From Malacoraja senta (Eukaryota): DNA of 64,000 nt. Made by a program: the position numbers and the translations under genes. The stretch is taken from positions 13,642,001 through 13,706,000 of the forward strand of contig CM075991.1 of NCBI GenBank assembly GCA_038087875.1, in the 5' to 3' direction. Shown here piece after piece: positions 1 to 11,160 of this stretch. Each line of letters starts with the position of its first letter. Position 1 is the first letter of the stretch. The notes beneath the pieces were generated by a model. The model did no database searches. It had not been told where the DNA came from and saw nothing but the letters and a program-made list of their open reading frames with translations.

Positions 1-612
1 TATAGGAGTAAAGAGGTTCTTCTGCAGTTGTACAGGGCTCTGGTGAGACCACATCTGAGTATTGTGTACAGTTTTGGTCTCCTAATTTGAGGAAGGACAT
101 CCTTGTGATTGAGGCAGTGCACAGCGTAGGTTCACGAGATCGATCCCTGGGATGGCGGGACTGTCATATGAGGAAAGATTGAAAAGACTAGGCTTGTATT
201 CACTGGAGTTTAGAAGGATGAGGGGTTATCTTATAGAAACTTATAAAATTATAAAAGGACTGGACAAGCTAGATGCAGGAAAAAATGTGCCCAATGTTGG
301 GCGAGTCCAGAACCAGGGCCACAGTCTTAGAATAAAGGGGAGGCCATTTAAGACTGAGGTGAGAAGAAACTTTTTCACCCAGAGAGTTGTGAATTTGTGG
401 AATTCCCTGCCACAGAGGGCAGTGGAGACCAAAACACTGGATGGATTTAAGAGAGAGTTAGATAGAGCTCTAGGGGCTAGTGGAATCAAGGGATATGGGG
501 AGAAGGCAGGCACGGGTTATTGATTGGGGACGATCAGCCATGATCACAATGAATGGTGGTGCTGGCTCGAAGCGACGAATGGCCTCCTCCTGCACCTTAT
601 TTTCTATGTTTC
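1..612 (+). mobile_element. CR1-clade LINE, 3' fragment (RT C-terminus, 3' UTR stem-loop, TTTCTATG tail)
   Basis: Translation GLSYEERLKRLGLYSLEFRRMRG...FFTQRVVNLWNSLP is the typical CR1 ORF2 C-terminus, here frameshifted. It ends in a ggtgctggctcgaag...cctcctgcacc hairpin plus tttctatgtttct. Confidence 0.93.
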
Positions 613-949
613 TGCGTTTCTTAATAAACAGACATGCACTTACAACCCATTGAGGCCTTTGCAATTGAAGCCCTGTTTTAATTGCCTGCATTCTGCATAT
701 TTAATGTGGTCCTTCTTGAAGATAGGATTCACAGTTCAAAACAAACAGCGGACAAACAATACATGAGTTAATTGCCTGTCCTCATGCATATTTACTTCTT
801 GGGCTTTTGGAGACAGGATTCAACTGTCAAACACATAACGTGTGAAAGTTGTCTGCAACCTTACGTTTCCAGCTGCAAACCAAGTACAAACGTTTTATTT
901 AATGCAAAATAAAGACCTTTCACATCAGTGAGACTGTCAATTATATTTT

Positions 950-1147
950 TGAAAAGGGAGGGAGAGGGTAAACGAGGAATTACAGACCAGTTAGTATAAC
1001 ATCGGTAGTGGGAAAACTGCAAGAGTCAGTTATTAAAGATGGGATAGCAGCACATTTGGAAAGTGGTGAAATCATTGGACAAAATCAGCATGGATTTATG
1101 AACGGTAAATCATGTCTGACAAATCTTATAGAATTTTTCGAGGATAG
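950..1147 (+). mobile_element. CR1 ORF2 internal fragment (start of RT domain)
   Basis: Near-identical to 39665-39858 (ttacagaccagttagt...aatcatgtctgac...tttttcgaggat; the NYRPVSLT/KSCLTNL region). Confidence 0.85.
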
Positions 1148-1690
1148 ATACATAGAAACATAGAAAATGGGTGCAGGAGTAGGCCATTCGGCCCCGAGCC
1201 TGCACCGCCATTCAATATGATCATGGCTGAATCCAACTCAGTATCCTGTACCTGCCTTCTCTCCATACCCCTGATCCCTTTAGCCACAAGGGCCACATCT
1301 AACTCCCTCTTAAATATAGCCAATGAACTGGCCTCAACTACCTTTTGTGGCAGAGAATTCCACAGATTCACCACTCTCTGTGTAAAAAATATTTTTCTCA
1401 TCTCAGTCCTAAAAGATTACCCCTTTATCCTTAAACTGTGACCCCTTGTTCTGGACTCCCCCAACATCGGGAACAATCTTCCTGCATCTAGCCTGTCCAA
1501 CCCCTTAAGAATTTTGTAAGTTTCTATAAGATCCCCCCTCAGTCTTCTAAATTCTAGCGAGTACAAGCCGAGTCTATCCAGTCTTTCCTCATACGAAAGT
1601 CCTGACATCCCAGGAATCAGTCTGGTGAACCTTATCTGTACTCTCTCTATGGCAAGAATGTCCTTCCTCAGATTAGGAGACCAAAACTGT
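1148..1690 (-). mobile_element. CR1 3' fragment
   Basis: catagaaa tail repeats at 1148-1167; ORFs 1417-1608 and 1126-1401 give the CR1 C-terminal peptide. Confidence 0.92.
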
Positions 1691-1751
1691 TTCTATGTTG
1701 GGCTGATGATGCCCCAATATATCAGAATGCACTCACATGTGCATCCTGGTA

Positions 1752-1926
1752 AACATAGAAACATAGAAACATAGAAAACAGGTGCAGGAGAAGGCCATTC
1801 GGCCCTTCGAGCCAGCACCGCCATTCATTGTGATCATGGCTGATCGTCCCCTATCAATAACCTGTGCCTGCCTTCTCCCCATATCCCATGACTCCACCAG
1901 CCCCTAGAGCTCTATCTAACTCTCTC
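1752..1926 (-). mobile_element. CR1 3' terminal fragment
   Basis: (acatagaa)x3 tail and a 3' UTR matching the element at 1-612. Confidence 0.88.
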
Positions 1927-1944
1927 TGAGCCAAATCACCCAGG

Positions 1945-3015
1945 CATGTACACACATAGGCACAGACACATACATACCCACACATACACACAGACAGATA
2001 CATATACACACAGACACATACATAACCACACATACACACAGACAGATACATATACACACAGACACATACATATCCACACATACACACAGACAGATACATA
2101 TACACACATACACACATGTACGTATACACATACACAGACAGATACATATACACACATACACACATGTACGTATACACATACACAGACAGATACATATACA
2201 CACATACACACATGTACGTACACACATACACACAGACAGATACATACACACATGTACGTACACACATACATACATACGCACATGCATGTATACAAACACA
2301 CAGTACACACATACTTACATGCACATATATGAAAACACAGGTGCATACATGCATAAGTATGAACTCACAAGTACACATACATATACACAGTTGCAAGTCC
2401 ACATGCAGTTGTGCATACACATGTACGTATATACATAAATGCACACATGCATACACACACGTGTATAAACACACACAAGCACATGTGCACGCACATGCAT
2501 GTACATATGCATGTATACACATGTACATGCACACACAAATATGCATTTGGATATAAACAGGCACAGTCGCACATACATACACATGATGTACATGTACATG
2601 CACATACGTAGACATGTACATGCACATGTATGCTAACACACATCAGTACACACATGTACATACATACACATGTTTATACGTGTATAATGTGTAGTACATG
2701 TGTACATATATGCATGTATGTATACACGTGCATGTGTGCATGTGTGCTGGTGCATGTGATTATATGTGAGTGCATCTGTTTCTGTGGGACTGTGTGTATA
2801 CATGCATATATGTGTGTATTTGCATACCTATGCATAGTTATGTCTATGTGTACTACTTATGTGTGTACATGCACACAAATGTGTATTTACACATGTACTG
2901 ACGTACGTACACGCATGTATACATATGCACGTATGTATATTCCATGTACATATGCATGTACCAACACACACATACACACGCAGGTACCAAGATGCATGTA
3001 CACATATACATGCAG
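1945..3015. repeat. Degenerate (CA/TA/TG)n low-complexity tract with ~40-bp sub-repeats
   Basis: Alternating purine-pyrimidine sequence, CA-rich then TG-rich. All overlapping ORFs are H/T/Y/C/V/M artefacts. Confidence 0.95.
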
Positions 3016-3237
3016 GTTCAAACACAGGGCTGTCCGGCCCACTCCAGAGACTGCTGCTTGTATTTATTTCCCAGTGACCACAGTTCGGCTGAGATGAGGG
3101 CAGCAGGATCCCTACTTCACGGCTTGGCGGCGCGGGCAGAGTCCGCTCAACAACACGGGTTGTCTCGTCATGAACCTCATTCAACCTCAGTCATGTTCCA
3201 TTTTGGCAAGAGTGCAACACCAACCTGGAACAGTGGA

Positions 3238-3625
3238 GATACAGAGTGCTGGAGTAACTCAGCAGGTCAGGCAGCATCTGTGGAGAACATGGATAGGTGA
3301 CGTTTCACAGAGTGCTGGAGTAACTCAGCGGGTCAGGCAGCATCTGTGGAGAACATGGATAGGTGACGTTTTGTGTCAGAACCCTTCTTCAGACCAAGTT
3401 AAACACAAAGTGTTGGAGTAACTCAGCGGGTCAGGCAGCATCTGTGGAGAAATAGGATAGGTGATGTTATTGGACTGGACCCTTCTTCAGTTTGCAGATT
3501 AGCAGTCTGAAAGTTACTGACCAGAACTATCACCTATCCATGTTCTCCAGAGATGCTGCCTGGCCCTCTGAGTTACTCCAACACTTTGTGACTTTTTTGT
3601 TAACAAGCAGCTGAAATTCCTTGTG
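3238..3625. mobile_element. Tandem and inverted copies of a short dispersed repeat, probably Penelope-like terminal-repeat derived
   Basis: gtgctggagtaactcagcgggtcaggcagcatctgtggagaacatggataggtgacgttt occurs three times, then inverted at 3505-3620. The minus strand carries a CTGAAGA...AAACGTC hammerhead-like core. The family assignment is inference. Confidence 0.6.
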
Positions 3626-3714
3626 TCTACATACAACAGTACAGGCCCTCTGGCCCACAGTCTGTGCCAAATATGATGTCAAGTCCAAATCTCTTTCACC
3701 TGCACATGATTTCA

Positions 3715-4510
3715 TGCTCTGGTTTCCTCCCACACTCCAAAGACGTACAGGTTTGTAGGTTAATTAGCTTTGGTAATTTGATAATTGTAAAATTGTCCCT
3801 TGTGTGTGGGGTGGTGCTAGTGTACGGGATGATTGCAGGTCAGTGTGCACACAGTGGGCGGAAGGGCCTGTTTCTGTGCTATATGTCTAAACTAAAACTA
3901 AAAGGTTGTTTCCACTAGTGAGAGAGTCTAGGACCAGAGGGAACAGCCTCGGAATAAAAGTATGTACTTTAGAAAGGAGATGAGAAGGAATTTCTTTAGC
4001 TAGAGGGTGGTGAATGTGGAATTCAATGCCACAGAAGGTTTTGGAGGCCATCATTGGATATTTTTAAAGCGGAGATTGACAGGTTCTCGATTAGTAAGGT
4101 CATCAAGGGTTAAGGGGAAAAGGCAGGAGAATGGGGTTGAGAGGGAAAGATAGATCAGCCATGATCAAACATAGAAACATAGAAACATAGAAAATAGGTG
4201 CAGGAGTAGGCCATTCGGCCCTTCGAGCCTGCACCGCCATTCAATATGGTCATGGCTGATCATCCAACTCAGTATCCTGTACCTGCCTTCTCTCCATACC
4301 CCCTGATCCCTTTAGCCACAAGGGCCACATCTAACTCCCTCTTAAATATAGCCAATGAACTGGCCTCAACTACCTTCTGTGGCAGAGAGTTCCACAGATT
4401 CACCACTCTCTGTGTAAAAAATGTTTGTCTCATCTCGGTCCTAAAGGATTTCCCCTTTATCCTTAAACTGTGACCCCTTGTCCCTCTATGGCAAGAATGT
4501 CTTTCCTCAG
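3715..4510. mobile_element. SINE 3' half (+), old CR1 3' fragment (+, ~3905-4165) and CR1 3' fragment (-, ~4168-4510)
   Basis: Similarity to the SINE at 7762-8030 and to the other CR1 3' ends; (acatagaa)n tail at 4168-4195. Confidence 0.8.
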
Positions 4511-4654
4511 AACGGTGGAGTTTCAGAGGGTCGAACATCCTAATTCTGCTCTTATGTCTTATCATCTTTTCTGACAAAGTGAAATGGCAGCAATGAATCA
4601 ACAGACAATCAACTACTGCCCCCAGGTGGATATCATCATGTGTGCAACAAACAT

Positions 4655-4765
4655 TGATTGGCCACTGGTGGGTCAATGTGGTAATTGGGTAGATTGGAGC
4701 TGATTAGGGTATTGCCAGCTGCTGTGTATAAAAGGGGGAGTTGTGTGGGTGAGTGAGTGCAGTTG
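4655..4765 (+). promoter_or_regulatory. Putative RNA polymerase II core promoter
   Basis: Three reverse CCAAT boxes (ATTGG at 4657, 4684, 4693), TATAAAAG at 4727-4734 followed by a G run, and an Inr-like CAGTT at ~4760, in non-TE-like sequence. Confidence 0.55.
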
Positions 4766-4850
4766 TCCTGGGCTGACGTTGGGACATGTCGAGTCCCACC
4801 TTGCAAGCGGTGCTCTTGGTCGAGGCAGGGAGTCTTCTCTTGTGTCTGAG
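4761..4850 (+). ncRNA. Putative first exon of a spliced, probably non-coding transcript
   Basis: Starts about 30 nt after the TATA box and ends in a near-consensus donor GAG|GTGAGT (GT at 4851). Confidence 0.4.
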
Positions 4851-4888
4851 GTGAGTGAGAACACTATTGCTTTCTCTTAAAGTGTTTG

Positions 4889-5104
4889 TGTCTTTGATTA
4901 ATTCTCCAGACTTGTTATATATTCTCTTGTTATATTCCTCTTGTTATATACATAACATAACATATATATATTACAAGAGAATATGTAACAAGTCTGGAGA
5001 ATTAATCAAAGACAGAAAACTATTCTCATTGGTGAGTGTGGAGGATATATATATAGATATATATATTCTTCCTCCACACTCACCAATGAGAATAGTTTTC
5101 TGTC
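4889..5104. repeat. Two abutting near-perfect palindromes with TA-rich centres
   Basis: Arms 4889-4930/4973-5014 (tgtctttgattaattctccagacttgtt...) and 5011-5045/5070-5104 (gacagaaaactattctcattggtgagtgtggagga). Confidence 0.92.
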
Positions 5105-5431
5105 GGCGGCTTCCCCGTAAAGAATTTAATTGGCTTGAGCCCATCGCGCACTATTTATAATGGCAATGTGGACAAAAATGCTGGAGAAACTCAGCGGGCG
5201 AGGCAGCATCTTTGTCTGAGTTTGACTCTTCTACAGACTCGAGCATTTCTCCAGCATTTTTGTCTATCGCTCTGGAGATGCTGCCTCACCCGCATTCACA
5301 TTCCCGTGCAGATGCCGGTGTGATCGGTGAGAGACACCTCCCGCTTCACCCTCATCTGTGTCCGGCGGCTCTGTCCATCCACACCGTATGGAGTTTTAAC
5401 CCCGGCCAGGAGCGGGGATGAATCTCGGGCT

Positions 5432-6769
5432 ATAGGGGGGTTGCACTGGGTGATAGGGCTTGATGCACGGAGCCACTCAATCCATCTGGAGGACATCGCA
5501 GCTTCAGATATATGTTATTAATGCAAGAAACGCGTACTTTCTACCTGTTAAAACCCGCCAAAATGTTGAATTGTTGCGCTATAATTACTGTGGAAGTCGG
5601 GTAACTGTGAGAGACATTTATCCTGTGAGACATTTACCCAACTTCAGAATTCCAAAAGTGAAGCGAAATGACGGTAGATAGAAGCGAGAGCTGAAGGGAC
5701 AACAGCTAAAGTGCTTGGCGAACATTGGCCGTTTGCTCACTGCATTTCATCAACAGTAAGGCATTATTTGTGTTTTTTCTTGATTCCTTTGGCATCTACA
5801 AAGTTTCAGAAGTGATAAATCTGGCTGTAAAAGTTTAAAACCGCCCATGGTTCTCAAGTGGGTTTTTACATACAAAAATAAAACGCCTCTGAAGCAAAAT
5901 TTACAGCCAGATTTATCACGTCTGAGACTTTTTAGATACCAAAGGAATCAAGAAAAAAACACAATTAATGCCTTACTGTTGATGAAATGCAGTGAGCAAA
6001 CGCGATAATTCCCAATATTTCCAATTCCGATATCTGCACGGCCAATGTTCGCCAAGCACTTTAGCTGCTGTTGTCCCTTCAGCTCTCGCTTCTCTTTACC
6101 TTCATTTCGCTTCACTTTTGGAATTCTGAAGTTGGGTACATGTCTCTCACACTTACCCCGACTACCACAATTATTTACAGCGAAATAATTCACCATTTTG
6201 GGGGTTTTAACAGGTAGGAAAGTACATGTTTCTTGTATTAACAACATATACCGGAAGCTGCGATGTCCTCCAGATGGATTAAGTGGCTCTGTGCGTCAAG
6301 CCCTATGACCCAGTGACGTTACGTGCAACCCCCTATAACCCACTTGAGTACCATGGACGATTTTTAAATTTTACAGCCAGATTTCTCACTTGTGAAACTT
6401 TGTAGATGCCAAAGGAATTAAGAAAAAACACAATTAATTCCTTAGTTGATGAAATGCAGTGAGCAAACGGCCAATGTTCGCCAAGCACTCTGGCTGTTGT
6501 TGTCCCTTCAGCTCTCGCTTCTATCTACCGTCATTTCTCCTCACTTTTTGAATTCTAAAGTAGGCTAAATGTCTCTCACGCTTATCCCGATTTCCACAAT
6601 TATTTACAGCGCAAAAATTAACAATTTCGGGGGGGGGGTTTAACGGGCCCGCTACGCTGGAAACAATGGTAAGTGCTTACCTGCAGTTCATTGCGTGTAA
6701 TCCACTTGGTGTAGCGTAGCAACAGTACAGGTCATGGGTCGTGACCCCACTGCCGTGAAACCTCCCTAT
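5432..6769. mobile_element. THAP-domain DNA transposon remnants (ISL2EU/Harbinger-like), three copies in foldback arrangement
   Basis: ORF 5948-6247 reads MVNYFAVNNCGSR...FRIPK...CLANIGRADI...YRVCSLHFI, a decayed C2CH THAP zinc finger. Termini atagggggttgcac/atagggaggtttcac lie at 5432 (+), 6336 (-) and 6769 (-). The superfamily call is inference. Confidence 0.65.
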
Positions 6770-6779
6770 AGCTCCGATG

Positions 6780-7382
6780 CCTGACCCCCGGGTCATTGAC
6801 CCTCACCCCCCCCCAGACTCCTGGGTCACTGTCCCTCACCCCCCAGACCCCTGGGTCACTGTCCCTCACCCCCCCCAGACTCTTGGGTCACTGTCCCTCA
6901 CCCCCCCCCCAGACCCCCGGGTCACTGTCCCTCACCCCCCCCCCCCCCAGACCCCCGGGTCACTGTCCCTCACCCCCCCCCCCAGACCCCTGGGTCACTG
7001 TCCCTCACCACCCCCCCCAGACCCCCGGGTCACTGTACCTCACCCCCCACCCCCAGACCCCCGGGTCACTGTACCTCACCCCCCCCAGACCCCCGGGTCA
7101 CTGTCCCTAACCCCTTCCTCCCCCCCCCCCCAGACCCCCGGGTCACTCTCCCTCACCCCTCCCCCCCCAGACCCCCGGGTCACTGTCCCTCAACCCCCCC
7201 AGACCCCGGGTCACTGTCCCTCAACCCCCCCAGACCCCGGGTCACTATCCCTCAACCCCCCCCCACCCAGACCCCCGGGTCACTGTCCCTCACCACCCCC
7301 CCCCCCCCAGACCCCCGGGTGACTGTACCTCACCCCCCCCCCCCCCCCAGACCCCTGGGTCACTGTCCCTCACCACCCCCCC
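6780..7382. repeat. C-rich minisatellite, ~27-35 bp unit (C)n-agacccccgggtcactgtccctca
   Basis: Direct tandem repetition with a variable poly-C run; the Pro-rich ORFs are artefacts. Confidence 0.96.
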
Positions 7383-7761
7383 GAAGAAAGATTTGATAAC
7401 TGGGATTGTATTCTCTGCAGCAACAGAGATGAAGAAAATCCTTAGTTGAGGTGAATAATATTATGAGAATAGGACCTGTTTTGCTTAACAAAGAGTGCAA
7501 GAAGGAACTGCAGATGGTGGTTTAAACTGAAGATAGACACTAAAAGCTGGGATAACTCAGCAGGACAGGCAGCATCTCTGGAGAGAAAGAATAGGTGATG
7601 TTTCGGGTTGAGACCTTCAGACTGAAGAGGCTGAAAACCAGCCATAAAACACAATGACTGGAGATGTGTGTTATCCAATTAAGGACAGAAATCAGAATCG
7701 TGTGTTCATCTTTATTGACGTGACGCCATAATAAATATATAACAGAAAAAAAGAATTTAAT

Positions 7762-8030
7762 GGGGTGGCGCAGCGGTAGAGTTGCTGCCTTGCAGCACCA
7801 CAGACCCAGATTTGATCCTGACTACGAGTGCTGTCTGTACAGTATTTGTACATTCTCCTTATGACCACATGGTTTTCTCTGGATATTCCGGTTTCTCCTA
7901 CATCCGAAAGAAGTGCAGGTTTGTACGTTAATTGGCTTCTGTAAATTGTCCCTGGCGTGTAGGATACAACTGGTGTATGGTAGATTACTGGTCGGTGTGG
8001 ACTTGGTGGGCAGAAGGGCCTGTTTCCATA
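7762..8030 (+). mobile_element. tRNA-derived SINE (HE1-like)
   Basis: A box TGGCGCAGCGG, degenerate B box GATTTGATCC, and a CR1-type 3' end gggcagaagggcctgtttcc. Confidence 0.8.
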
Positions 8031-8337
8031 TGGTTTACATATATATCTTAATTTCATTGAACCATGCACGGTTGAATATGTGGCATTATTTTTTCTAAGG
8101 GTAAGGTTGATTTATTTGTGCAGAACAGTGATGGAAGTCTGACTCCTCTTGCCTTGCTTCGATGTTTTTGTTTCTATCTCTATATATATATGTATAGCAG
8201 CATGAATTATAATCTGATTTCCATACATGAATATACTAAGGTCATTCATGTGCTGCACCTGTTGATCAGAGCCTGGCTCTACTGTGGAATGTTATTAGGA
8301 ATGTAATTTAGCCTAATCTAATTTAGACTCACTACAG

Positions 8338-8504
8338 TATGCACCAGATTGCACAATTTCAAGGTGAAAAATGCAAAAGCTCCCTACCATGAGAGGGAGG
8401 GACACCACCCCCACCCTCACCCCCCCCTCACCCCCCACCCCCCTCGGTCGCTACGCTCCCTCACAATTTCTCACACAACTCTCACCCAATGTTGGCAGCC
8501 CTGT
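8338..8504. mobile_element. Possible hAT-type MITE fragment
   Basis: Ends in gttggcagccctg (reverse complement cagggctgccaac, resembling an hAT terminus). No partner TIR was found. Confidence 0.3.
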
Positions 8505-9240
8505 CTCTGGTACAAAAAACTAGCATCTGCAGTTCTTTGTTTCTCCATTTTACTGTTCAATGTTGTCAGTGATAACTGTTATTGGTTGATGCACAATGTG
8601 GAACAGATGCAGGGATAATGTAGAATATTGGGCTGAAGAGGACTGAGGGGCATTCTTATTGTGAACCCAATGATTTGGAACAATTGGTCTGCTGTGGATT
8701 GGAGTAAGGATGTATAAAATTCCCCGATCTGATCTGTCTCAATGTTTGGAGACCCTTGGAAAGGGTGCAGTCAAGATTTATGAGGATATTGCCAAGAATT
8801 GTTGTTGAGGTTCCATTTGCTTCATGAAGGCAGTGGCAAGAATGAATTTGTCTCCTGGATAGATGTCCAATTGTGTTTTAATTGGGGCCCTTTATGAAAA
8901 CTGGTTTTCAGTTGATGACTAATTGTTATGATTAAGAAGACAGCAAGGAATTTAAAGTGGATCTACATTGTACTTGGTTGAGGAAAGTTAATGTGAACTA
9001 GTTGTTAACCACTTGTGTGAAATGGTTAATGTTAACTACCCTAATCACAGCTTGTTTATTGTGAATTCTTATGAAGGACTTTCAGGTGAAAGGAATCTGT
9101 GATGTGTTGAGTGGTCATTCATTGAGCTTTGGACTGGACAGACTGTTGTAAAGATATTTGGATACTCTTGCTCAAAAGACAAAATGCTGGAGTAACTCAG
9201 CGGGTCAAAGTCAGCATCTGTGGAGAACATGGATAGGTGA

Positions 9241-10573
9241 CATAGAAACATAGAAAATAGGTGCAGGAGGAGGCCATTCGGCCCTTTGAGCCAGCACCGC
9301 TATTCACTGTGATCATGGCTGATCATCCCCAATCTGTACGCCGTTCCTGCCTTCTCCCCATATCTCCTGACTCCGCTATTTTTAAGAGCCCTATCTAGCT
9401 CTCTCTTGAAAGTATCCAGAGAACCTGCCTCCACTGCCCTCTGAGGCAGAGAATTCCACAGACTCGCCACTCTCTGTGTGGAAAAGTGTTTCCTCGTCTC
9501 TGTTCTAAATGGCTTACTCCTTATTCTTAAACTGTGGCCTCTGGTTCTGGACTCGCCCAACATTGGGAACATGTTTCCTGCCTCTAGCGTGTCCAAGCCC
9601 TTAACAATCTTATATGTTTCAATGAGATCCCCTCTCATCCTTCTAAACTCCAGAGTGTACAAGCCCAGCTGCTCCATTTTCTCAGCATATGACAGTCCCG
9701 CCATCACGGGAATTAACCTGGTGAACCTACGCTGCACTCCCTCAATAGCAAGAATGTCCTTCCTCAAATTAGGGGACCAAAACTGCACACAATACTCCAG
9801 GTGCGGTCTCACTATGGCTCTGTACAACTGCAGAAGGACCTCTTTGCTCCTATATTCGATTCCTCTTGTTATAAAGGTCAACATGCCATTCGCTTTCTTC
9901 ACTGCCTGCTGTACCTGCATGCTTACTTTCATAGACTGATGAACAAGGACCCCCAGATCCCGTTGTACTTCCCCTTTTCCCAACTTGACGCCATTTAGAT
10001 GGTAATCTACCTTTTTTTGCTACCAAAGTGGATAACCTCACATTTATCCGCATTAAACTTCATCTGCCATGCATCTGCCCACTCCCCAACCTGTCCAAGT
10101 CACCCTGCATTCTCATAGCATTCTCTTCACAGTTCACACTGCCACCCAGCTTTGTGTCATCTGCAAATTTGCTAATGTTACTTTGAATCCCTTCATCCAA
10201 ATCATTGATGTATATTGTAAATAGCTGCGGTCCCAGCACTGAGCCTTGCGGTACCCCACTAATCAATGCCTGCCATTCTGAAAGGGACCCGTTAATCCCT
10301 ACTCTTTGTTTCCTGTCTGCCAACCACTTCTCTATCCATGTCAGCACTCTTCCTTCTAAACTCCAGTGAATACAAGTCTATTCTTTTGAATCTTTCCTCA
10401 TGTGACAGTCCCGCCATCCCAGGGATCAATCTCGCGAACATACGCTGCACTGCCTCAATCACAAGGATGTCCTTCCTCAAAATAGAAGACCAAAACTGGA
10501 CACAATACTCCAGATGTGGTCTCACCAGAGCCCTGTACAACTGCAGAAGAGCCTCTATACTGAAATCCTCTTG
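9241..10573 (-). mobile_element. CR1 ORF2 3' portion with an extra appended CR1 fragment (~10346-10573)
   Basis: ORFs contain SGVPQGSVLGP, SKFADD and RPHLEYCVQFW; frameshifted; catagaaa tail at 9241. Confidence 0.93.
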
Positions 10574-10577
10574 TTAG

Positions 10578-11160
10578 AGTGATGGGAACCCCCTCTTTCC
10601 CTGCACTCCCCACCCTGGTGATAGGAACCCCCTCTTTCCCAGCATGCCCCCCACCCTGGTGATGGGAACCCCACACTTTGCATGCCCCCCACCCTGGTGA
10701 TGGGAACCCCCTCTTTCCCTGCACTCCCCACTCTGGTGATAGGAACCCCCTCTTTCTGAGCACCTCACCCTGGTGATGGAAACCCCCTCTCCCCCCCCAC
10801 CCCGGTGATTGGAACCCCCTCTTTCCCTGCACCCCCCACCCTGGTAATGGGAACCCCATCTTTCCCTGCACCCCACACCCTGGTGATGGGAAACCCATCT
10901 TTCCCTGCACCCCCACCCTGGTGATGGGAACCCCCTCTTTCACTGCATCCCCCCCACCCTGGTGATGGGAACCCACTCTTTCCCTGTACCCCCCCCCACC
11001 CTGGTGATGGGAACCCCATCCTTCCCTGCACTCCCCACCCTGGTGATGGGAACTCCCTCTTTCCCTGCACCCCCACCCTGGTGATGGGAACCCCCTCTTT
11101 CCCTGCACCCCCACCTTGGTGATGGGACCCCCCTCTTTCCCTGCACCCCCCACCCTGGTG
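10578..11160. repeat. Minisatellite, ~36-39 bp unit ccaccctggtgatgggaaccccctctttccctgcaccc
   Basis: About 15 tandem copies; a related single-copy motif lies at ~14290-14337. Confidence 0.95.

Noticed and set aside
1854..3300. Many long ORFs rich in C/V/Y/M or H/T
   Set aside because: They are translations of CA/TG low-complexity sequence, open in several frames on both strands.
7762..7850. tRNA gene
   Set aside because: The A/B boxes belong to a SINE head; there is no cloverleaf and the sequence continues into the SINE body.
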